From Mobula hypostoma (taxonomy: Eukaryota): DNA of 64,000 nt. This document shows positions 48,750 to 60,390 of the stretch, in pieces. Position numbers and translations under genes: made by a program. Within the stretch, counting starts at the first letter, position 1, and each line of letters begins with the position of its first letter. The notes below the pieces were generated by a model. That model worked only from the letters and a program-made list of their open reading frames with translations, had not been told where the DNA came from and made no database searches. The stretch is taken from positions 103,168,001 through 103,232,000 of the forward strand of contig NC_086107.1 in NCBI RefSeq assembly GCF_963921235.1, in the 5' to 3' direction.

Positions 48750-49331
48750 TAGATTAGCTTAGATTATGAGGACACGCAGTCCTCTTTCATTGTCATTTAG
48801 TAATGCATGCATTAAGAAATGATACAATGTTCCTCCAGAATGATATCACAGAAACACAAGACAAGCCAAGACTAAAAAACTGACAAAAACCACATAATTA
48901 TAACATATAGTTACAACAATGCAAAGCAATACCATAATTTGATAAAGAACAGACCATGGGCACAGTAAAAAAAAGTCTCAAAGTCTCTCGAAAGTCCCAT
49001 CATCTCACGCAGACGGTAGAAGGAAGAAAAACTCTCCCTGCCATGAGCTTCCAGCGCCGCAAACTTGCCGATGCAGCATCCTGGAAGCACCCGACCACAG
49101 CCGACCCTTGAGTCCGCCCGAAAACTTCGAGCCTCCAACCAGCTCTCCGACACCGAGCACCATCTCTGCCGAGCACTTCGACCCCGGCCCAGGCAACAGG
49201 TAATAGGCAAAGCCGAGGGTTTGGGGCCTTCCCCCCCGGAGATTCTCGATCGCACAGTAGCAGCGGCAGCGAAGCGGGCATTTCAGAAGTTTCTCCAGAT
49301 GTTCCTCCGTGCTTCTCACATCTGTCTCCAT
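48750..49331 (-). mobile_element. Non-autonomous retroposon (SINE-like, Rex1/L2-type tail) inserted in the left Tc1 inverted repeat
   Basis: TSD CAAAAT (48744-48749, 49332-49337); microsatellite-like (ctaat) tail; CpG-rich body. Confidence 0.7.
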
Positions 49332-49540
49332 CAAAATAATTGATTACATAAGTATTCACCCGCTTTAATATGACACATCAAATCATCACTGGTGCGGCCA
49401 TTTGGTTTTAGAAGTCACATAATTAGTTAAACGGAGATCACCTGTGTGCAGTCAAGGTGTTTCAATTGATTGTAGTAAAAATACACCTGTATCTGGAAGG
49501 TCCAACTGCTGGAGAGTCAGTATCCTGGCAAAAATACACC

Positions 49541-50524
49541 ATGAAGACAAAAGAACACTCCAAGCTGCTCTTGAAAGGTTATTGAAACACACAAGTCAGG
49601 ATAGGATACAAGAACATTTCCAAGTCACTAAATATCCCTTGGAGTACAGTTAAGTCACTCATCAAGAACTTGAAAGAATATGATACAGTTGTAAATCTGC
49701 CTAGAGCAGGCCGTCCTCAAATACTGAGTGACTGTGCAAGAGGAGGACTAGTGAGGGAGGCTACCAAGAGACCTATGACAAGTCTGGAGGAGTTACAAGC
49801 TTCAGTGGCTGTGATGGGAGAGACTGGGCATACAACAACTGTTGCCCAGGTGCTTCACCAGTCGCAGCTTTATGGGAAAGTGGCAAAGAGAAAGCGACTG
49901 TTGAAAAGACCTCACATGAAATCTCAGTTAGAGTCTGCCAGAAGACATGTGGGAGACTCTGATATCAGCTGGAAGAAGGTTCTCTGGTCTGATGAAACCA
50001 AAATTGAGCTTTTTGGCCATCATACTAAATGCTATGTTTGGTGTAAGCTAAAAACACAACTCATTATCAAAATCACACCATCCCTATGGTGAAGCATGGT
50101 GCTGGCTGCATTGTGCTGTGGGGATGGTTCACTGCAGCAGGCCCTGGAAGGCTGTGAAGGTAGAGGGTAAAATGAATACAGCAAAATACAGGGAACTCCT
50201 GGAGGAAAACCTGATGCAGTCTGCTAGACAACTGTAACTTGGGAGAAAATTTGTTTTCCAGCAAGACAATGACCCCAACAATAAAGCCAAAGCTACACAG
50301 GAATGGCTTAAAAAGAACAAAGTCGGAGTCCAGTCCTCAATTCTGGACTCAAATTGTGGCTGGACTTGAAAAGGGCTATTCACTCACGATCCCCATGCAA
50401 TCTGACAGAGCTTGAGCAGTTTTGTAAAGAAGAATGGGGAAAAATTGCAGTGTCCTGATGAACAAACCCATCCACACTGACTCAGGCTGTAATTGCTGCC
50501 AGAGGTGTATCTACTAAATACTGA
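49541..50524 (+). pseudogene. Tc1 transposase pseudogene
   Basis: MKTKEHS start; [39 protein letters not shown] and EQFCKEEW motifs across frameshifts. Confidence 0.88.
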
Positions 50525-51589
50525 CACAAAGGGGATGAGTAATTATGCAGTCAACTATTTTGTGTTTAATAATTGTAATAAATTTAGACCAATTTGTAGA
50601 GATTTGTTTTCACTTTGACCCAAAAGAGTCTTTTCTGTTGATCAGTGTCAAAAAAAGCCAAATTAAGTTCACATTGATTCAATGTTGTAAAACAATAACA
50701 CATGAAAACTTCTGCAGGGGGGGGGAGGGTTGAATACTTTTTATAGGAACTGTGAGTAGAAATCAGCTCCTTGGTCTTGCTGATATTGAGTGAGAGGTTG
50801 TTACTGTGGCACCACTCAGCCAATTTTCAGTCTCCCTCCTCTATGTTGATTCATCGCCACCTTTGATTCAGCCAATGCCCGTGGTGTTGTCAGCAAACGT
50901 AAATATGATATTGAAGCTGTGTTTATTCTCACAGTCATAAGTATAAAGTGAGTAGAGCAGGGGGCTAAGCACACAGCCTTGTGGTAGACCTGCTGATGGA
51001 GACTGTGGAGGAGATATTGTTGCCAATCCGAGTTGAGGATCCAATTGCACAAGGAGGTATCAAGGCCTCTGTATTGGAGCTTATTGACTTTTCAGGAGAT
51101 AATAGTATTGGATGCAGAGCTGTACTCAATGAAGAGCATCCTGATGTATGCATCTTCACTGTCCAGATGTCCGAGGATTGAGTGAGGAGCCAACGAAATG
51201 GCATCCGCTGTTGACCCTGTTGTGGTGGGAGGCAAACTGGAGCAGATCCGAGTTGCTTCCCAAGCAGGAGTTGATGTGTTTCATCACCAACTTCTCAGAG
51301 AACTTCATCCCGTGGATGTGCAGTAAGTGCTACTGGACGATAGCCGTGGAAGTAGGTTACATTAGCATAATGTTGTTACAGTGCCAGCTGTAAGATCGGA
51401 ATTCAGTTCCTGCCACTGTCTATAAGGAGTGTGTACGTTCTCCCCGTGACCACGTGGGTTTCCTCTGGGTGCTCTGGTTTCCTCCCACAGTCCAAAAATG
51501 TATGGTTAGGAGTGGGCTTGCTATGCTGGTGCCAGAAGCTTGACAATTCTCACTGATTTGATTTGATGTACATGACACATTTCATTTCA

Positions 51590-52013
51590 TTTCACATGGA
51601 GACCAACATCCGGTGCTGCTGGCAGATCATCAACTCGATGAAGGACGCTCTTTGGTCGGCCCGAAACTTGATGATCTACCAGCACATGGAGATGTCTGTG
51701 GGAGAATGCTGCCGACTGGCACATTCTCGGCTGCAGGGGTACGTGCTGAGGGACGCACTGAAACTTGGTGCAGCCACCGCAAGGGCCCGGTGGGGAAGGA
51801 CCACTTCTCCCGCGGGAGTGGGAGGGGTCAGGGCAGGGAATATACCCCTCAACAATGGTGTGGAAAGAGTAAACAACAGAGAGCCACATGGGTGGCTAAA
51901 AGTGTGGAAATGTAAAGCCTGTAATGGAAACATCTGTGAAGGATTGAAAGTCATTGAATGGTTTACTGTACATAATTTCATTTTTGAATAAAGTATATTT
52001 TGAAATTTAAAAA
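51590..52013 (+). mobile_element. Tx1/L1-clade LINE 3' end with poly(A), inserted in a SINE tail
   Basis: CWQIINSMKDALWSARNL...LRDALKLG...RWG C-terminus, AATAAA, A-tail, ATTTCATT duplication. Confidence 0.75.
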
Positions 52014-52645
52014 ATTTCATTGTATGATTCGATGTACTATACATGTGGCAGATAAAGCTGACCTTTACCTTTATAAATATGTAAAATTATCAGCAGTAAA
52101 GAGTCCATTGCTGAACATGTGAGATACAAGGACTGGAACTGCTGATTTTCTGAAGTTGAAGAACTTGGCGTTGAAGCAGGAAGGCTGCGGTATGCCTAGT
52201 CAGAAGGTGAGGTGTTGTTTCTCAAGCTTTTGGTGGGCTACTTTAGAAAAGTGTTGGAGGCTAAAGACAGACACATCTGAGTTAGTGGCATAGAGGACAG
52301 GGGACTGGAAGCCCAGGGTCACACATACAGTCTCAATGGAGTTGTTCTGCAAAGCAGCCCACCAACCAGCATCCCATTTGAACTTTAAACTTTGAATCTG
52401 TGTTCTGTTTCTCTACTGCAGAACCGACCATATTGTGAGCAACACAGACCGTTGTGAATTGAAAGAACTCTGAGTGATTTGCCACTTTACCTGGTAAGAA
52501 TGTTTTCATTTCTATTTGTGCGTCTAATTTAAAAAGAGTGTTCTCATATTACTGTGCAGCATCCCGTCAAGGTGAAAATTTATTGCCCATCAGAAACACA
52601 AGAGATTCTTCAGAAGCTGGAAATCTAAAGCAACACACACAAAAC

Positions 52646-53480
52646 AGACAGATAGATAGACACTTTATTGATCCCAAAGGAAATTACAGTGTCACTGTAG
52701 CATTACAAGTGCACAGATATAAAAATATTAGAAGAGAAGTAAGAAAGGATGAAAAATAAATTACCTCAAACAGTTTTACAGGAGGGGGTCATCACTTCCC
52801 TAGCTATAGGTTGACTCATTATAGAGACTAATGGCCGAGGGTAAGAATCACCTCATATAGATTCTTTGGAGCAGCACAGTTGTCTCAGTGTATTACTAAA
52901 AGTGCTCCTCTGTTCAGCCAAGGTGGCATGCAGAGGGTGAGAAATATTGTCCAGAATTGCCAGGATTTTCCGGAGAGTCCTTTGTTTTATCACAGCCTCC
53001 AGGGTGTCCTGTCTGACTCCGATAACAGAGCCAGCCTTTCTAATCAGTTTACTGAGCCTGTTGACATCACCCGTGATGATGCCATTGCCCCGGCACACCA
53101 CCGCATAGAAAATTGTACTGGTGACAACAGACTGGTAGAATATGTGAAGGAGAGGCCTACATACTCTAAAGGACATCAGTCTCCTCAGGAAATGGTGGCA
53201 ACTCTGGCCCTTCTTGTACACAGTCTCTGTGTTGGTGCTCCACTCAAGTCTGTCATTCAGGTGCACCGCCAGGTACTTGTAGGTCCTCACCACATCCACG
53301 TCCTCACCATATCCACATCTTCAACATCAATAGTAACAGGGGGCAGTGCAGGCTTCCTCTTCCTAAAGTCCCTCACCATCTCCTTTGTCTTACTGATGTT
53401 GAGCTGCTGATGATTCAGTTTGCACCATTTCACAAAGTCCTCCACCAGGGCCCTGTATTCATCCTCCTGTCCTCCCTGTA
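52646..53480 (-). mobile_element. Rex1/Babar 3' fragment
   Basis: ORFs 52853..53299 and 53287..53508 (YKYLAVHL, LNISKTKEM); (atag)n tail. Confidence 0.8.
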
Positions 53481-53613
53481 TACACTCAACTATGCAGGAG
53501 GAACTCAACAGGAACTTTTCAGGCAGTGTCTATAGAAAAGAACAGTCAATGTTTCTGGGCTGAGAGCCTTCCTCAGGACTAACAAGGAAAAGGGAAGATG
53601 TCAAAATAAAAAA

Positions 53614-53615
<2 letters not shown>

Positions 53616-53647
<32 letters not shown>
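53616..53647. repeat. (GT)n microsatellite within a Penelope 3' fragment (about 53480-53810, minus)
   Basis: Direct reading. Confidence 0.9.
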
Positions 53648-53648
<1 letters not shown>

Positions 53649-54669
53649 GGAGGGGAGGGGGGAAGGAGGCTATCTGGAATGTGATAGGTGAAGCTAGGTG
53701 GGTGGGAAGGGTAAAGGGCTGGAGAAGAAGGAACCTGATAGGAGAGGAGAGTGGACCATGGGAGAAGGGGAAGGAGGAGGGGACCCAGGGGGGAGAGATA
53801 GGCAGGTGAAAAGATATATTGCTAATTCCTAATCACCCTTGAAGTTGACATCCTGAACCCTATCTAGGATAGTTAAACTTCTCAGACTAGCGTGGGCATG
53901 GAATCTAATGAAATGGGGACGAGACAAAAAGACAGATTTCTTTCTCAGTCTATTTTGCTGGATCAGTGGTGGACAGGATCAGTAGCTTTAAATTCCTGGG
54001 CGTTAAGATATCAGATGACCTGTCCTTGGCCCAGCACAGAGGTGCAATCACTGGGAAGGCACAGCAACAGGTCAAGGAAGATATTGCATGTCACCGACCA
54101 CAATCAGAGGTCATGGGTTAAGGGTAAAAGGTAAGAAGTTTCAGGGGAGCATGAGGGGAAACTTCTTCACTCAAACGATCGTGAGAGTGTGGAACGAGCT
54201 GCCAGCGCAAGTGGCATCTAAGAGAAGTTTTGGTAGGTACATGGATGGTAGGAGTACGAAGGGCTAAGGTCCCTGAGCAGGTCGATGGGAGGAGGCAGTT
54301 TAAATGATTTTGGCATGGACTAGATGGGCCGAAGGGCCTGTTTCTGTGCTGTACTTCTCTATGACTCTCCAACTTCTGCAGATGGACTGTTGAAAGTGTC
54401 GCGACAGGTTGCATCATGGTCTGGTAGAGCAATTCAAATGTGCAGGAACAGAAGAAGCTGCCGAGAGTTGTGGACTCCATCCAACGCATCACGGGCACAT
54501 CCCTTCCGACTGTTGAAAGTATCTACAAAAGTTGCTCCCTCAAAGAAGTAACATGTATCTTCAAAGACCCCCACCATTCAGGCCCTACCTTCTTCTCACA
54601 GCTGCCCTGCACCAACAAGAACAGCCACTTTCCTTAAATCAGTCAGTTCTTGAACCAACCAGCACAATC

Positions 54670-56400
54670 CATAAGATCATAAGACATAGGAGCAGAACGC
54701 AGCCCATTCAGAATCTGCTCCACTATTTCATCATGGCTGATCCCGGATCCCACTCAACCCCATACACCTGCCCTCTCACCATATCCCTTGATCCCCCGAC
54801 CAATCAGGAATCTATCAAATTCCATGATAAATATCCCCACGGACTTGGCCTCCACCGCAGTCTGTGGCAGAGCATTCCACAGACTCACCTCTCTCTGGCT
54901 AAAAATAATTCCTCCTCACCTCTGTTCTAAAGGGTCTTCCTTCAATTTTGAGCCTGTGCCCTCTAGTTCTGGATACACCCACCACCAGAGGAAACGTCCT
55001 CTCCATAACGCAAACATGAGGAAATCTGCAGATGCTGGAATTTCAAGCAACACACATAAAAGTTGCTGGTGAACGCAGCAGGCCAGGCAGCATCTCTAGG
55101 AAGAGGTACAGTCGATGTTTTGGGCGAGAGACATGATTGTACCTCTTCCTAGAGATGTTGCCTGCCCTGCTGCGTTCACCAGCAACTTTTATGTCCTCTC
55201 CATATTCCACCTTATTTAGTCCCTTCAACATTTGGTAGGTTTCAATGAGATCCACCCCACATTCTTCTAAATTCCAGTGAGTACAGGCCTAAAGCTGCCA
55301 AACGCTCCTCGTGTGTTAACCCCTCCATTCCCGGACTCATCCTCGTGAACCTCCTCTGTGCTCTCTCCAATGACAACACATCCGTTTTGAGATGTGGGGC
55401 CCAAAGCTGTTGACAATACTCCAAGTGTGGCCTGACTAGCGTCTGATAAAACTTCAACATTACTTAATCATTACCTCAGTACAGCAACAGTATGGCATCT
55501 TCACACTGCCAATCATTTTGCTTTTTCTTCTAATTGTGTAAAAACTTTGTATAATTGATATTTAATTCATGTTTTTATCTTCTGAATGCTGCTTACAGTA
55601 TATGATGCTACGTTCCTGTGATGCTGCTGCAAGATTTGGATTGCACCTGTGTACACGTGTGCTTGGACATCTGACAATAAGCTCGAGTTTGACTTTGAGC
55701 CAGTGGGGACGTCCCTTAATAACAGAGATGAGGGGGAATTTCTTTAGCCAGAGGCTGGTTAATTCATTGCCACAGATGGCTGTGGAGACCAAGTAATTGG
55801 GTGTATTTAAAATGGAGGTTGATAGCTTCTTGATTAGTCTGGATGTCAAAGGTTATGGGGAGAAGGCAAGAGAATGGAGGTTCAGTGGGGTAATAAATCA
55901 ACCATAACCATATAACCATATAACAATTATAGCACGGAAACAGACCATCTCAGCCCTTCTAGTCCGTGCCGAACTCTTACTCTCACCTAGTCCCACCGAC
56001 CTGCACTCAGCCCATAACCCTCCATTCCTTTCCTGTCCATATATCTATCCAATTTAACTTTAAACGACAACATCGAACCTGCCTCAACCACTTCTGCTGG
56101 AAGCTCGTTCCACACAGCCACCACTCTCTGAGTAAAGAAGTTCCCCCTCATGTTACTCCTAAACTTTTGCCCTTTAACTCTCAACTCATGTTCTCTTGTT
56201 TGAATCTCCCCCCACTCTCAATGGAAAAAACCTATCCACATCAACTCTATCTATCCCCCTCATAATTTTAAATACCTCTATCAAGTCCCCCCTCAACCTT
56301 CTACACTCCAAAGAATAAAGACCCAACTTGTTCATGATGAAATAGTGCAGCAGACTCAAAGGGCTGAATGGCCTAATTCTCCTCCTATGCCTTGCGGTTA
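54670..56400. mobile_element. Cluster of CR1 3' fragments in both orientations
   Basis: ORFs 55242..55460, 55987..56184 and 56186..56416 carry CR1 RT C-terminal motifs. Confidence 0.75.
55008..55192 (-). mobile_element. Short fold-back Penelope-tail insertion in CR1
   Basis: Inverted arms; 12-bp TSD GTCCTCTCCATA (54996-55007, 55193-55204). Confidence 0.85.
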
Positions 56401-56436
56401 TTACAGTAAACCGCAAATGGCCACCATCATTGACAC

Positions 56437-57005
56437 TAGATTAGATTAGATTAGATTCGACTTTATTGTCATTGTGCCGAGTACAGATACAAAGCCAATG
56501 AAATGCAGTTAGCATCTGACCAGAAGTGCAAAGAATAGTGTTATTTACAAAATAACTGCGAATAAAAAAAGTGCTACAGCACACAAATATAAAAGTACTG
56601 AGACAGTCCAATATGGGTGCAATACTGCTTAGCGCTGTGATGTGAGGTTCAGCAGGGTCACAGCCTCAGGGAAGAAGCTCCTCCTGTGCCTGCTGGTGTG
56701 GGAGCAGAGGCTCCTGTAGCGCCTACCGGATGGGAGGAGAGTAAAAAGTCCATGGTTAGGGTGAGATGCCTCCCTGATAATGCTTTTCGCCCTGCCCGGG
56801 CAGCGTTTATAGTAGATGTTCTCAATGGTGGGCAATTGATGCTGATAATCCGCTGGGCAGGTTTCACCACATGCTGGAGTGCTTTGCAGTCTGATACGGG
56901 ACAATTGCCATACCACACTGAGATGCAGTTGGTGAGTATGCTCTCAATGGTACAGCGGTAAAAGTCCATCAGTATCCTGGGACAGAGGTGAGCTTTCTTG
57001 ATGCT
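56437..57005 (-). mobile_element. Rex1/Babar 3' fragment with (ctaat)n tail
   Basis: FYRCTIESILT and LPSGRRYR motifs. Confidence 0.8.
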
Positions 57006-57120
57006 CCACAGGAAATAAAGCCTCTTATTCCAGATTTATTTAAGTTTTTTAAATGTTCCAGTTGTCTGAATGAGATTAGAACTCACATCCAGACCAACAG
57101 CCCTGTAAGACTGAAGGTTA

Positions 57121-58205
57121 CACGCAGTGACTGCTTTATTAGGTATACCTGCTCGTTAATGCAAATATCTCATCAGCAGCAACACAATGCATAGAAGCAT
57201 GCAAACGTGGTCAAGAGGTTCAGTTCCAAACAAGAGAAAATCTGCAGATGCTGGAAATCCGAGCAACACACACAAGTTGCTGGAGGAACTCAGCAGGCCG
57301 GGCAGCATCTGTGGAAGAGAGGAGAATGAGAGCTCTTATAGAAACTTATAAAATTATGAAAGGGATCGATAAGATAGAGGCAGGAAAGCTGCTTCCACTG
57401 GTAGGTGAGACTAGAACTAGGGGACACAGCCTCAAGATTCGGGGGAGTAGATTTAGGATGGAGATGAGGAGGAATTGCTTTTCCCAAAGAGTGCTGAATC
57501 TGTGGAATTCTCTGCCCAATGAAGCAGTGGAGGCTACCTCAGTAGATATATTTAAGACAAGGTTGGATAGATTTTTGCAGAATAGGGGAATTAAGGGTCA
57601 TGGGGAAAAGGCAGGTAGGTGGAGATGAGTCCATGGCCAAATCCGCCATGATCTTATCGAATGGCGGAGCAGGCTTGACAGGCCAGATGGCCGACTCCTG
57701 CTCTTATTTCTTATGTTCTTAAGAGTGCAGTCAACGTTTTGGGCCAAGACCCTTCGGCAGGACACTAGAGGTTCAGACACAAGAGGTTCAGTTGTTGTTC
57801 ACACCAAACATCAGAATGGGGAAGAAATGCGATCTGAGTGACTTTGACTGTGAAATGATTGTTGGTGCCAGACAGGCTGGTTTGAGTATCTGAGAAACTG
57901 CTGATCTCCTGGGATTTTCACACACAAAATCTCTAGAGAATGGTGTGGAAACAAACAAAAAAAAAGTGGGTAGCAGTTCTGTGGGTGAAAATGCCTTCTT
58001 GATGAGAAAGGTCAGAGGAGACGGGTTCAAACTGACAGGACCTCAAATAATTGCATATTACAACAGTGATGTGCAGAAGGGCACCTCGGAGCATCCGTAT
58101 CGAACATTGAAGTGGACGGGCTACAGCAGCAGAAGATCACGAACATACACTCAGTGGCCTCATTATTAGGTACCTCCTATATCTAATAAAGTGGCCACTC
58201 ACTGA
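57121..58205 (+). mobile_element. Tc1-derived element hosting a Penelope tail (57226-57779), which itself hosts a CR1 3' end (about 57320-57720)
   Basis: TSD CAAGAGGTTCAGTT (57212-57225, 57780-57793); AAGAG duplication around the CR1. Confidence 0.75.
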
Positions 58206-59879
58206 GTGTTCGCAATCGTATCCCAAACGAATTGGTTCCAGCGATGGCTTCTTTGCCACAAGAGCATGAGTATGCGAGGGCTGCTTATTTTAGAGTTTGC
58301 ATGAAAGAGAGATCTCATGAAAATGTATGAGATTCTGAAGGAGTCTGACGTGCTGGATAGAAGGGGGATTGTGGAGAAGCGCTGGCGGGGAGCACGGTTT
58401 GTGACTGAGACGTGGATCATTCAGGACAGAGACGAACATAAATCTCTCACTCTAAGGGTGGTGAGCCTTCAGAATTCCACAGCTCAGAGACCAGCTCAAG
58501 CAAAGAGCGTTTGATTCCTGGGCATGAAGGGAGTTAATTCAGATTCTGATTCACTTATCCAGCATGCCCACCTTCGAAAGATACCACGAAATGTGTTGTT
58601 TGTGTTCAGATGAGGATGTGCTTGGGGTCAGCCCACAAAAGGCAGTATCAACGTAGCCTGCCCACTATGTTTGCAGACACACAAGCAACAAAACGACAAC
58701 AGGGAAACAAGCCCCTTACCGCTGACCCAGTCAGCCAGGCACACACATAGACAGTTCTCTAGCCACAGGACAGGCTGTCTCCAGCCACCCCCCCCCATGG
58801 ATTCACAGACATTGGACTTTCAACTAACCCAGTGGACTAGTGGACTCGCAGAGACTGGGCTCTTGATTTCCCTTGTGGACTTGCAGAACCAGGGCTTTGG
58901 ACAGTGAGCCTCGACTTCCAGGCTTCCAATGAACCAGGATTTGATCTTCAGAAACAAACCCCGAACTCCAGGCTTTGAACTCTGGACTCTCCGATGACCA
59001 GGATCCTGAAGACTAGGCCTCGAACTCTGGTCTCACTGACTCAGTTACCTGAGGTGGTGGGGGTCCCCTGCCTGCATGGAGCTCCGATCCCGGAACCCAC
59101 TGATGGCTCACTAACCACCCAACCCTCGTCTTTGCTGGTCTGCTGGCCCAACATCTGACCACAGATGTCCTTCATCGCAGGTCCACATCGCTGGAGTGGA
59201 GGCCGACACTCTAACCTGACCTCTAATTCCCCACATCCAGTCTCTAAACCCTCAACCCAGCCCCCCAACTTCTGTCCCCAATACCATCCTTACTAACCTA
59301 AAAAGGAACTCGCCATGGCGACGTAGCGGTTAGCGCGATGCTGTTCCGGCGTTCAATTCTGGTGCCGCTCTGTAAGGAGTCTCTGTCCACCCTTCCCATG
59401 GAGTGTGGTTTTCTCCGGGTCCTCCCTCAGCCCAAGGCCGTACCGGGCCGGTTGTAAAGTGTCCCGTGATTGGGTTAGGGTTAATCGGATTTGCCAGGGG
59501 TTGCTGGGGTGGCGTGGCTCGAAGGCCCAGAAAGGCCTACTCCACGCTGTATTGCTAAATAAAACTTTAAAAAATAGAATAAATCTGAACCACGGCCTCC
59601 GTGGAGACCACACCAGCTCTGAGCCATCTTGACTTGAAGGAATGTGGGGATTGTTTTGGACAGTGACGCTGAGGTAGAAATCAGAAATGATGCTTATGAA
59701 TGGTAGAGAAGCCTTTAGGGGTTGACTGGGCCGACACCTTCTCCTACTCCTCGTGTTCTTTATATGAGTAGTTTAAACAAGTACGACTGGATTGTCCAGA
59801 ATGCATTTGAGCCATGCAGACCTGTTTGTTTCCTATGGAAGATTATCTGAGGAAAACAATTGTAATTTGGTTATTGCTT

Positions 59880-60390
59880 CTGAGCTGATGTCAATCACCA
59901 GAATTAACTTCCCGTCGGAATTCAGTGATTCACCTCCCTCCCCACTTGATGTTGACAACAGTTGGGCTGTGCAGCCTTGCGTGGCGGAATAGCTTTTGCA
60001 AATCAAGGAAAGGGAACAGTTGGGCAAGGATGACTGAACAGCGACGTTGGGGTGGGGGCGGGGGGGGGGGAGACACTGGAAAGAAAATATAAGCAGCATT
60101 TATCAGCCCAAGGCTGTGTGATATTCTCTCTTAATTGGCTCGGATCTCCACCCATTCTTTTTCCGAGGCTGCGTGATTGACATAATGATGTCACAAAGAA
60201 GGGTGGGGCTACAGACTGTCAGTTTCCACAGAGAGAGAGAGAGAGACAGACAGACAGAAAATTAATGTTAACATAAATAGCAGGCACCCACAGAAACTGG
60301 AAACTGAGGAACAATAAGGGCTCTTGCCGAAGGACCGACAGACAGAGCTGTGCCCATTGCTCTGGGGTTTCTGTTTGAATAGGTAAGGAA
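59880..60390 (+). promoter_or_regulatory. Promoter-like region with candidate non-coding first exon ending at donor AG|GTAAGG (60383); possibly CSDC2 by synteny
   Basis: Unique sequence with a CCAAT box (ATTGG 60134-60138), two TGATTGACA PBX/MEIS-type sites, TGATGTCA, GC boxes and a strong donor. No coding exon seen. Confidence 0.35.

Larger units (their letters stand above)
48566..50753 (+). mobile_element. Tc1-family DNA transposon (IR/DR type), decayed
   Basis: Long inverted termini (cctataaaaagtattca...tgaatactttttatagg) with internal direct repeats; transposase remnants inside. Confidence 0.9.
47590..51355 (-). mobile_element. Rex1/Babar fragment (47590-48390 and 50760-51355) split by a SINE and the Tc1
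   Basis: PQGCVLSPLLYSLY and NISKTKELI motifs on both sides of the insertions. Confidence 0.7.
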
